DNA from: an uncultured Candidatus Saccharibacteria bacterium
GTDB taxonomy: Bacteria > Patescibacteriota > Minisyncoccia > Phycocordibacterales > JACOZG01
Reading direction: 5' to 3'
Length of the DNA stretch: 46,787 nt
NCBI GenBank assembly: GCA_964444555.1
Contig: CAYUHC010000004.1
Location: 1-46,787 of the forward strand
The position numbers and the translations under genes were made by a program. This document shows, piece after piece, positions 18,001 through 25,506 of this stretch; within the stretch, counting starts at the first letter, position 1, and each line of letters starts with the position of its first letter. Under the pieces are notes generated by a model. That model made no database searches, had not been told where the DNA came from, and saw only the letters and a program-made list of their open reading frames with translations.

Positions 18001-18024
18001 GAGGTTAACATCACGAATGAATAA
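15016..18024 (+). CDS. Large secreted protein of unknown function (1002 aa)
   Basis: The signal peptide MKSFTWYSLSLVLALVSLGGVTKAQQ is followed by G/S/Q-rich low-complexity segments. A central helical region and scattered Cys residues follow. The C-terminal segment looks beta-rich and Ig-like (STVSWTTGNASVCFTASDW...NLVYAINCYN). It overlaps the next gene by 8 nt. Confidence 0.7.
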   Translation: MKSFTWYSLSLVLALVSLGGVTKAQQVLCVGPSCGQTVSQSLGAPRSSVPSGQTIMVRQRNADGQQCQAESGGVGGFIEQAMSLQGILGSGLQQTLGSTVQNLFSNKIPGIIQDQITNRLPSLIERGVRDQLPGRISQQVSGMQRRGMSESAIKAALPQIVSQLLQQLISELVKSQTPVAIEEGLRRELPADLVAEFNAKVPEILETGGFNEQINDLVSSTTAELGNLRSRISSRDREEYAEQLSEELATQVQQGINTSSGISDLANSLTIAFSDVLMPQIEQILAPQLNQIFSGGGNSGFGGSVDTTVSGLFGNNFSLSGGISGDVINPIVTSISPSIGQFGWSAGNSIAGAFGNGQMSPGKLQAIGQGSGTQSAEFRSSLGGDVDTSQLDADMGKVSQSGASQASSGSSQAAQNAATKTGALDGLNTSISQGFVSGVSGGLGGLVGGVPYVGGILSPIVQNYTEGFLSGLLGLQPGLGWPVTDVGTQQTVSGGFQESNKIQGKIQEASDQTKENTSKEVTLQTQMCTLEKQLKGVAYRTEEKEFVLDPAARKAAFLAFQELYNAYRDYFTRGYNPGDSEVASGDGSTGQSGESFVADYNLDQERAAEEARADVVSKLQNSENPYASDVVEQIIATQNQFYGQPLAEEECAKLAPDSGAKLTGEEYNELLFSCSNPINYPRGVLTLTQDAMSQAANQAEQEARDRYLANQGVRDTRVCAEWSDNPLEAGNLSDSLTNSGAGDILSGTPLGTGGRYCKRWVTTTPGSSNKSYMDRLLTAFVDFMVNTHEVGEDFINGYQLQPQKDLTNLAQKNDPIPQTNDPCPDTGGCPNTGWSYNQVDTSALNQAAQNGVESLFYNLINGGGDDDSPSGGGSFNLGGLPNFNLPAIDFSALFQNQVATQPAIAAPSISIQQSTVDVPPASKKSTVSWTTGNASVCFTASDWLSGTWPGNISTTTAGDILETTGELSIDYPAGTKVNLVYAINCYNSQGVSNETEVNITNE

Positions 18025-20434
18025 ATGGTTTAAAAATTTACTGCTGATCTCACTCGTCCTGCTTGGTGCGGGGTGGGGTAACAAAGCGTGGGCCCAGAAT
18101 GCTTCAGGTATGTCTGGGGCTGTAAACGCAGCGGCTCAACAAAATCCTAAAAATCAACCAAAAGCCCTCCAGGTCAGCCAGCAAATTGCGGCTCTAGACA
18201 AAAAACTTGCCCTAGATCCAACCAATCAAACCTTACTCGACCAAAGAAAGTTTATGCTCCTAGAGTACGGTTGTTACTCGATGGGCGTTTGCAATGATGC
18301 TGTCCAAGGAGGAGAGTGGATTCCGATGTTTGTCACCGGTGGAGAATTAGACACCTGGAACTACGCTCGACTCATGGCCATGGTCAGACACCTGTCACAG
18401 CAAAAAGATCCAATCAATTACTACGACGATGTACGTAATGCCATTACAAGTCAGCACCAAGCTTTATTAGCATCTTTAGATCAAGACCCAAATCTAAAAG
18501 CCAAAGCCGAGCAACGGGCCGCGGCATTACTAGGCAACGACGTTCGTGTCGAAAACGCCGATGACCTAAAATGTAGCATCTTTGATCTGCAACTTGGCAA
18601 CTGTCTTTTGGTCTTTGTGAGGGCGGCTAATGTTTACGTCTTAGAACCTGCCAGTAGCTTGTTGGTTGGCCTCGCCAACGAAATTTTTGATCTGTCATTC
18701 AAATATTCGGTCCGAGATTTTGGCACCTACTTAAAAGCGCCCACTAACGCGCCGATCGTGGCTGGCTGGACAGTGGTCCGAGACTTCGTCAACATCGTCT
18801 TTATCTTTGCCTTGCTGTATGCCGCCCTCTCACTGATCGTCCAGATTCGGGGCTTTAATCAAGGCGTTGATGGCAAAAAACTGGTCGGCTACATCGTGGT
18901 CGGCGCTCTGCTAGTTAACTTTAGCGCCTTCTTTGTGGGTATCGTAATCAATCTGAGCAACTCCCTAGCCAACCAGATCTACTGTACCGCGGCCGATTGC
19001 AGCAAGGAGACTCCCGACCTAGCCATCAATTTAGTGCGCTTCAATAATCGAGAACTTTATAAATTACACAACGCCAATAACGGTTTCGAGGTAGCGATCA
19101 AGGGAGCATTTATCGGTTGGGGAACCGTCCTATTCAGCGTGATCACGGCAATCTCGCTACTAGTCGCCGCTTTGCTAATGATCATTCGCTTTATCCAATT
19201 AATCCTGGTGATCGTCTTCTCACCAATCTTGTTTTTGGGTTCAACCTTTGGGATCTTCAGCGGTCTAGCTAAAAAAATAAAAGATACGCTACTAAAACAA
19301 GCTATTTTCGCCCCGGCCTTCCTCTTTATGATCCTGATTATTACCAGATTCGTAAGCAATAACGGCCTATTTAATGACAACTTAACCACTCTCACCAGCG
19401 CAGCCATCTACGTCGTGATCCTCAATGGCCTGATTATCTCCAGCATGCTGTTGAGCAATTACATGGGACTTTACGGCGCCGCCACTCTCAATACCTACGG
19501 CAAAAAAATGATCGGGGGAGCCACTGTTGGCGCGGCGGGACGTTTGGGTCGCGCCACCATTGGGCGAGCGGGCAAAAATTTGACGGAAAGTGGCAGCTTG
19601 CGAGATGCGGCCAGCCAGCGAGGGGCTCGTGGCTGGATTGCTCGCCAAACGTTGCGAGCTGGTGATACAGCTTCCAAGCTAAGCTTTGACGCTCGGGCAG
19701 TTGACTCAGTTAAAAAACTTGGACTAGGCAATGCTCAAAAGGGTGGTTACGTTGGCGACATCAAGAAAAAGGCAGAGATCGCCGATAGAGACGCTAAGCT
19801 TTTGGCGGGCAAAGACAGCGCGGGGAATGAAGTAAGTGCTCGCGAAAATGAACGCGTAGAAGGAGTAAGACTTGAGGCAACCAATAATGCTCAAAAAATT
19901 AGGGAACAAGCTGAAAGCGCGAAAGCCACTGCAATCTCCAGTGCCGAGCCCCAAATTACAGCCAAGGAGGCAGAGTTAGCTCGAGAACTAGATCAGATTC
20001 GGCAAGATGCTAATTCTCAGCTAGATAGTGGTTCAAGCAATCCTGAAGACGTAAAAGCCGAAAGAGAAAATAAGGAGGCACAGGTTCGCGATCGTATCAA
20101 CGGGGAAGTTGAAAAAATTAAAAAACTTCGTGACGAAGAGATCGCCAAGGCCCAAAAAGAAATTGATCTATCAGAAGAGATCAAAACCAAAACAGATAAG
20201 ATCCAGCCTCGTAAGCGCATTCAAGAATTGGCTGACCAGTTTGACGATCAAGAAGGCAAAGAACCTCAATCATGGTATCGCTTTAACCGTTGGCGCGGCA
20301 AGGTAACGCGCACGCGCAAGGCTCAAGCCGCGGCCATCCGTAAACAAGCTAAATCACCACAAGAAAAATACAAAGAAAACCTAAATAAACTTCTCGAACA
20401 AGTCGAAAAACCACCAGAAAAACCAACTGCCTAA
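18017..20434 (+). CDS. VirB6/TrbL-like polytopic membrane protein with a long charged C-terminal tail
   Basis: A signal or TM segment is followed by an extracytoplasmic domain of about 230 aa and about 6 hydrophobic helices (residues ~250-480). The final ~300 aa are K/E/R/A/Q-rich. The assignment rests on topology and context, not on a motif match. Confidence 0.6.
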   Translation: MNKWFKNLLLISLVLLGAGWGNKAWAQNASGMSGAVNAAAQQNPKNQPKALQVSQQIAALDKKLALDPTNQTLLDQRKFMLLEYGCYSMGVCNDAVQGGEWIPMFVTGGELDTWNYARLMAMVRHLSQQKDPINYYDDVRNAITSQHQALLASLDQDPNLKAKAEQRAAALLGNDVRVENADDLKCSIFDLQLGNCLLVFVRAANVYVLEPASSLLVGLANEIFDLSFKYSVRDFGTYLKAPTNAPIVAGWTVVRDFVNIVFIFALLYAALSLIVQIRGFNQGVDGKKLVGYIVVGALLVNFSAFFVGIVINLSNSLANQIYCTAADCSKETPDLAINLVRFNNRELYKLHNANNGFEVAIKGAFIGWGTVLFSVITAISLLVAALLMIIRFIQLILVIVFSPILFLGSTFGIFSGLAKKIKDTLLKQAIFAPAFLFMILIITRFVSNNGLFNDNLTTLTSAAIYVVILNGLIISSMLLSNYMGLYGAATLNTYGKKMIGGATVGAAGRLGRATIGRAGKNLTESGSLRDAASQRGARGWIARQTLRAGDTASKLSFDARAVDSVKKLGLGNAQKGGYVGDIKKKAEIADRDAKLLAGKDSAGNEVSARENERVEGVRLEATNNAQKIREQAESAKATAISSAEPQITAKEAELARELDQIRQDANSQLDSGSSNPEDVKAERENKEAQVRDRINGEVEKIKKLRDEEIAKAQKEIDLSEEIKTKTDKIQPRKRIQELADQFDDQEGKEPQSWYRFNRWRGKVTRTRKAQAAAIRKQAKSPQEKYKENLNKLLEQVEKPPEKPTA

Positions 20435-20437
20435 TCT

Positions 20438-21217
20438 ATGACTACCAACCCCTTAATTGAGCGTCTTAACGAATTGCCAGCCGAGTGGCGAGCGGATCTT
20501 AAGAAGATCAATCTACCGGAAGTCATTAGCAAACTCGCAACGGACTACAAATTAGACGCCGAACAAACCAGCCAACTAGAAGCAGAAATCCTACTCATCG
20601 CCACCGGTCTAGAGTACCGCGAAAGTTTGCCGACCAATCTGATGGCGGCACTCCACACCGATTCGGCCAAACTAATTTCGATCAAAGAACGACTGGAGCG
20701 TGAGGTTTTTAGTCCTCTAGCCAAACATCTCGACCAAACCGAGCAGGAGATCAAACGGGCCGAGGCGGAGGAGCGGGAAAAATATAAGCACCTGCCAGCC
20801 GAACTACAAGAAGTGATTCTCGACGCCCACACCGAAGAGACCTTAGCCGCCCTAAGCGATAAGTATCAACTCCACATTGACCAAGCCGGCGTCCTTTACG
20901 ACGTCACCGATCAAGTCCTGACGGGCAAGATTAAAGCTCGAGACTTTGTGGCGGAACTAGTCCGCACCTCCTCGCTCAGCACGGAATTAGCCAATAAGCT
21001 GGCGGGGGATCTCAACCAGCAATTATTCCAACCCGTCCAAGCTACTCTCCGCGCGCTAGAAAATCAGCCCCCAACCGTCTTCGAAGCAAAGTTAAAAGGA
21101 CTCTGGAGCGGCAACCAAAATCAAAGTTCGAGCGAAATTTTGATCAAACCCCAACCCGCCACCACCGCCACCACGCCCGCCAAAGTTGCCGATCCCTACC
21201 TAGAACCCTTAGAATAA
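20438..21217 (+). CDS. Hypothetical cytoplasmic acidic protein with two internal helical repeats
   Basis: The 259-aa protein has no hydrophobic segments. It carries a repeated module, ISKLATDYKLDAEQTSQLEAEILLIATG... and LAALSDKYQLHIDQAGVLYDVTDQVLTG.... It is tightly packed within the cluster. Confidence 0.6.
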   Translation: MTTNPLIERLNELPAEWRADLKKINLPEVISKLATDYKLDAEQTSQLEAEILLIATGLEYRESLPTNLMAALHTDSAKLISIKERLEREVFSPLAKHLDQTEQEIKRAEAEEREKYKHLPAELQEVILDAHTEETLAALSDKYQLHIDQAGVLYDVTDQVLTGKIKARDFVAELVRTSSLSTELANKLAGDLNQQLFQPVQATLRALENQPPTVFEAKLKGLWSGNQNQSSSEILIKPQPATTATTPAKVADPYLEPLE

Positions 21218-21221
21218 AGTC

Positions 21222-21623
21222 ATGAACTTCCAAGTACCCCAATTTATCGAGGTCGAAGACAAAATTTTCGGCCCCTTTACCTTTAAACAATTCGTCTACT
21301 TGGCCGGTTCAGCTGGCGCCGCCTTTTTAATTTGGGTTTACATCCCGGTTCGCTTTGTTGCCTTGATTTTCGTCATTCCTGTTTTAATCTTAGGCCTCTT
21401 ATTAACCTTTTACCGAGTTAATAACCGTCCGTTTGTTTCTATTTTAGAGGCTGCGGCTCGCTATGCCTTAACTCACAAACTTTATATTTGGCAAAGATCT
21501 AGCACTCCCACCAAAACTAACGTCACCGCGCCCACTGCCTCCGGTTTAAAAATTCCCAAGCTCTCTGATAGCAAACTAAAAGACCTCTCCTGGAGTCTAG
21601 ATGTGAAAGAAAAAATCCAGTAA
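21222..21623 (+). CDS. PrgI-family (VirB3-like) small membrane protein
   Basis: The N-terminus VPQFIEVEDKIFGPFTFKQFVYLAG is followed by two TM helices, the pattern of PrgI-family T4SS proteins of monoderm bacteria. It lies immediately upstream of the VirB4-like genes. Confidence 0.7.
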   Translation: MNFQVPQFIEVEDKIFGPFTFKQFVYLAGSAGAAFLIWVYIPVRFVALIFVIPVLILGLLLTFYRVNNRPFVSILEAAARYALTHKLYIWQRSSTPTKTNVTAPTASGLKIPKLSDSKLKDLSWSLDVKEKIQ

Positions 21624-21643
21624 CAATGGTACACTAATAGGCA

Positions 21644-22291
21644 ATGGCCGCTGACACTAAAGCCAAAGCTTCACAAGAATTTATTCCGATTAAAGAAATT
21701 CGGGATGGGGTAGTAATCCTCAAAGATGGGGGAATGCGTTTAGGTTTGATCGTTTCGTCGATTAACTTTGCGCTCAAGTCCGCCGACGAACAAACAGCGA
21801 TCTTGCTCCAGTTCCAAAACTTTCTTAACTCGCTGGATTTCGACATCCAACTCTTTGTGGAATCACGCAAACTAGATATCGCGCCCTACCTCACCATGCT
21901 AGAGGAAAGATTGGTGGCTCAAACTAACGATTTAATGAAGGTCCAAACTCGAGAGTACATCGAATTTATCAAAAAATTTACCGAAACCACCGACATTATG
22001 TCGAAGAGTTTTTTCGTTATCGTCCCTTTCAATCCTTCGATTATTAGTGGCGCCAAATCGCAAAGTCTGATTGGCCGCTTCTGGCCCGGGAGCCAGCAAT
22101 CGCCGAGCGTCGAGCAAGACCAGCTTAATAATTTTGAAGAAAATCGCACTCAATTAGAACAACGAGCGGCCGTCGTCGCCGGCGGCCTGGGGGCCGCCGG
22201 CCTCCGAGTCTCTCAACTCGGCACCGAAGAATTGGTCGAGTTATACTTTAAGATGTTTAACCCAGGGGAGCGCGAAATCCCTTCGATCTAA
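21644..22291 (+). CDS. Hypothetical protein resembling the N-terminal module of VirB4/TrsE-type ATPases
   Basis: FIPIKEIRDGVVILKDGGMRLGLIVSSINFALKSADEQTAILLQFQNFLNSLDFDIQLFV parallels the start of the next gene (LRDVIAPSALKV...RTFYVISYP...FDISIHIHPID). No P-loop is present. Confidence 0.55.
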   Translation: MAADTKAKASQEFIPIKEIRDGVVILKDGGMRLGLIVSSINFALKSADEQTAILLQFQNFLNSLDFDIQLFVESRKLDIAPYLTMLEERLVAQTNDLMKVQTREYIEFIKKFTETTDIMSKSFFVIVPFNPSIISGAKSQSLIGRFWPGSQQSPSVEQDQLNNFEENRTQLEQRAAVVAGGLGAAGLRVSQLGTEELVELYFKMFNPGEREIPSI

Positions 22292-22295
22292 ATTT

Positions 22296-24131
22296 ATGTC
22301 TTTATTTAATTTTGGCAAAAAAACTGAGGCCACGCCCACGCTCACTCCCATCCTGCCTCAAGATATTTACCAACTGGGAGTCTTGCAGCTGCGCGACGTC
22401 ATCGCTCCATCGGCACTTAAGGTGACGCCTAAGATGCTCCATCTTGGCGATCGATTGGCACGCACTTTTTACGTTATTTCTTACCCGCGATTCCTGTCTG
22501 GCGACTGGTTTTCCCCGATCATCAATCTCGACAAAATTTTTGATATTTCGATTCACATCCACCCGATCGATAGCGCCTTGGCTCTGCGCCAACTAGAAAA
22601 GAAGGTAGCCGAAGTGCAAAGTCAGATCAGCATGAAAGAGGATCGGGGATTGGTCCGTGACCCGGTGCTCGACACGGCCTACCAAGACATCGAAGATCTT
22701 CGCGATAGTCTCCAACAAGCCCGCGAAAAGATTTTCGATGTCGGAATTTATATCACGATTTATGGTGATAGCGAAGAAGATCTCGACCGAGTGGAAACCG
22801 AGGTTAAAGGGATTCTCGATGCTAAATTAGTCTACTTAAAGCCCGCTCTATTCCAACAGGCCGAGGGCTTCCGCAGTGTCTTGCCTACCGCCACCGACGA
22901 ACTAAGCGTCAATTACAAACTTAATTCTTCGCCCCTGTCGAGCGTTTTTCCCTTCGTCTCTTTTGACCTCACCTCCAACCGCGGCATTCTTTACGGCATC
23001 AATCGCCACAACTCCAGCCTCGTGCTCTTTGACCGCTTCTCGCTCGAAAACTACAATTCAGTGATCTTTGCCAAATCTGGTTCGGGCAAATCTTACGCCA
23101 CCAAATTAGAAATCTTGCGTAGCTTAATGTTTGATACCGATGTCATCGTCATTGACCCCGAGCGCGAATACGAATTCCTCTCCGAAGCGGTTGGGGGACG
23201 ATACTTCAACATCTCACTCTCTTCCGAACATCACATCAACCCATTCGATCTCCCTTTCCCGCGAGAGGATGAGTCACCGGCCGATGTTCTCCGTTCCCAC
23301 ATCATCAATCTCGTCGGACTCTTTCGCTTAATGCTCGGCGGCCTCACGCCAGAAGAAGATGCGATTATCGACCGCGCTATTACCGAAACTTACGCCCTCA
23401 AAGACATTACCGCCGACATTGACTACACCACCAAACCGGCGCCACTTCTCTCAGATTTGGAATTAGTCCTGGCGGGCATGGAGGGCGGGGAGAGCTTAGC
23501 ACAACGTCTGCTTAAATATACTCGCGGCACCTGGTCCGGCTTTATCAACAAGCCAACCAATGTCGACATCAACAAGAAATTTATTGTTTTCTCCGTCCGC
23601 GACATGGAGGATGAGTTAAAGCCGGTGGCAATGTACATCGTCATGCACAATATCTGGAACTCCATCCGACGCAATCTTAAAAAGCGCCTGTTGGTAATCG
23701 ATGAAGCGTGGTGGATGATGAAATCCAAAGACACCGCTTCTTTCCTCTTCTCGCTCGTTAAGCGAGGGCGCAAATATTATCTCGGCGTCGCGACAATTAC
23801 CCAGGACGTGGGTGACTTCTTGCGCTCGGAGTATGGCACGCCAATCATTACCAACTCCTCAATCCAGCTCTTACTCAAACAGTCGCCAGCTTCGATTGAC
23901 CTTGTCCAACAAACCTTCCAATTAACCGACGAAGAAAAATATTTACTCCTCGAGTCAGCGGTCGGGGAGGGGATCTTCTTCGCGGGCCTAAAGCACGTCG
24001 CAATCAAAATCATTTCTTCTTACACCGAAAATCAAATTATCACTTCTGATCCGTCAGAAATTTTGGCCATCCGCCAAGCCAAAAAGGACTTAGCAACTCT
24101 AAACAACAATGAAAGCGTCCCCGAAAATTAG
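22296..24131 (+). CDS. VirB4/TrsE-like type IV secretion ATPase
   Basis: Walker A is FAKSGSGKSYATK and Walker B is KRLLVIDEAWWMM. The downstream ATITQDVGDF motif is present. The N-terminal domain has the YPRFLSGDWFSPII pattern typical of VirB4 of monoderm systems. Confidence 0.85.
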   Translation: MSLFNFGKKTEATPTLTPILPQDIYQLGVLQLRDVIAPSALKVTPKMLHLGDRLARTFYVISYPRFLSGDWFSPIINLDKIFDISIHIHPIDSALALRQLEKKVAEVQSQISMKEDRGLVRDPVLDTAYQDIEDLRDSLQQAREKIFDVGIYITIYGDSEEDLDRVETEVKGILDAKLVYLKPALFQQAEGFRSVLPTATDELSVNYKLNSSPLSSVFPFVSFDLTSNRGILYGINRHNSSLVLFDRFSLENYNSVIFAKSGSGKSYATKLEILRSLMFDTDVIVIDPEREYEFLSEAVGGRYFNISLSSEHHINPFDLPFPREDESPADVLRSHIINLVGLFRLMLGGLTPEEDAIIDRAITETYALKDITADIDYTTKPAPLLSDLELVLAGMEGGESLAQRLLKYTRGTWSGFINKPTNVDINKKFIVFSVRDMEDELKPVAMYIVMHNIWNSIRRNLKKRLLVIDEAWWMMKSKDTASFLFSLVKRGRKYYLGVATITQDVGDFLRSEYGTPIITNSSIQLLLKQSPASIDLVQQTFQLTDEEKYLLLESAVGEGIFFAGLKHVAIKIISSYTENQIITSDPSEILAIRQAKKDLATLNNNESVPEN

Positions 24132-24429
24132 TGGTTTAAACGCCATTGGCTTAGTAATCGTTAGCTTATTCTTCGACATCTTAAGTTTTGTCCCACTTTT
24201 AAACATTATTACCGGCTTGATTGGTTGGTTCATTTTTTCTTTGTGGTTCTTCCTGCTCGGCTTTGGTTTACTGGAGGGGCGCCGACTCGTCACCATGATG
24301 TCTTCAATGATTATTGAGGTTGTTCCTTTCCTGAGTTGGCTACCCACAATGACTATCGGTGTTATCGCGCTCATTCTAATGGTAAACTTAAAGCGTGTCT
24401 TACCTCTCCCCAAAGTTGATTCTCGTTAG
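24109..24429 (+). CDS. Small polytopic membrane protein (106 aa)
   Basis: It has three to four hydrophobic helices and no recognisable family. It overlaps the VirB4-like stop by 23 nt. Confidence 0.55.
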   Translation: MKASPKISGLNAIGLVIVSLFFDILSFVPLLNIITGLIGWFIFSLWFFLLGFGLLEGRRLVTMMSSMIIEVVPFLSWLPTMTIGVIALILMVNLKRVLPLPKVDSR

Positions 24430-25138
24430 TCTCGCATTCCTAACCTCGAGTCTAACCGCCTACGCTCAAACCGCTCCCATTGTTGATCTAATTTGGGAAG
24501 CCGATAGTTATTTACCGGCTTTTTACCCCGGCCATAGCCGGCCAGCTCCCGGTAGCACCGTCCGCCTGGCCGCTTTGGCTCACTTTACTGATCCAGCCAC
24601 CGGCCGAAGTTTGGGGCCAGAGAGTCTCACTTACACTTGGTCTAAAAACGGCCAAACCATGGCTGGCGTCTCGGGATTAGGTAAAGATTCAATTATTTTT
24701 AGCGCTACCGAGCAAGCTATTTTTCGGGTCGCCGTAAGCTACCCGGCCAGTGGCGTAAGCGCGGCCAGCCAAGTCTCGATTAGCCCTCAGCCCGCCCTGA
24801 TTAAACTTTATTACGAAGAACCACTCTTGGGTACGGCCTACCATCAACCCGTCGCCACCACCTTTGAGATGCCCGAAGGTGAGATCAATTTGAGAGCCGA
24901 ACCGTTTTATTTTTCCAAAAACGCTTATCTCAACAAAAAAATCCAATTCCAATGGACCATCAACGGCGAAAATATTGTTTCTGACGCCGCCGATCCGGGT
25001 TTAATCACGATCGCCAAGCCAGAAACGGGGGTGGGGGAGAACGCTTTTACCGTCACGGCCAAAAATTTAGCTAACGTCTTGCAAACCGCGACTAATAAAT
25101 TCACAATTAAGTTCAACAGCAGTAATATTTCTTTTTAA
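24395..25138 (+). CDS. Secreted protein of unknown function (247 aa)
   Basis: The start is GTG and the signal peptide ends in LTAYA-QT. The composition is beta-rich. Confidence 0.6.
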   Translation: MSYLSPKLILVSLAFLTSSLTAYAQTAPIVDLIWEADSYLPAFYPGHSRPAPGSTVRLAALAHFTDPATGRSLGPESLTYTWSKNGQTMAGVSGLGKDSIIFSATEQAIFRVAVSYPASGVSAASQVSISPQPALIKLYYEEPLLGTAYHQPVATTFEMPEGEINLRAEPFYFSKNAYLNKKIQFQWTINGENIVSDAADPGLITIAKPETGVGENAFTVTAKNLANVLQTATNKFTIKFNSSNISF

Positions 25139-25140
25139 CC

Positions 25141-25503
25141 ATGAACCCTCTTTACGCCGCTCAAAATACCAAACAAGTCGTGCTTATTCCTAACGCCATC
25201 ATCCCTGGCACCGAAAATCCCCAAGACTTCACTGATTTTGTCGGTGGCCTTCTACCTCAGATCATTACCGTTTTAGTCCTGCTCACCGTTATCTCGCTCG
25301 CGTGGTGGGGGATTGGCTACTTTCTAAAAAACATCCCGGGCTTTAAGTCTTATGCCAAAACGAGAATTTGGGACATTATTTTAGGTCTAATCCTAATTTT
25401 TGGCGCCTATCTCATTTTGCAAGTGGTCAACCCCAACATCAACAACAGTAAAATCTTTGATAACTCTTTAAATCAGATCAAGAATTCGAGCCCAGCCAAG
25501 TAA
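25141..25503 (+). CDS. VirB2/TrbC-like pilin candidate (120 aa)
   Basis: It has a short N-terminal region and then two hydrophobic helices (LLPQIITVLVLLTVISLAWWGIGYF and IWDIILGLILIFGAYLILQVV). This matches the size and topology of T4SS pilins. The call is made from topology only. Confidence 0.5.
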   Translation: MNPLYAAQNTKQVVLIPNAIIPGTENPQDFTDFVGGLLPQIITVLVLLTVISLAWWGIGYFLKNIPGFKSYAKTRIWDIILGLILIFGAYLILQVVNPNINNSKIFDNSLNQIKNSSPAK

Positions 25504-25506
25504 ATC

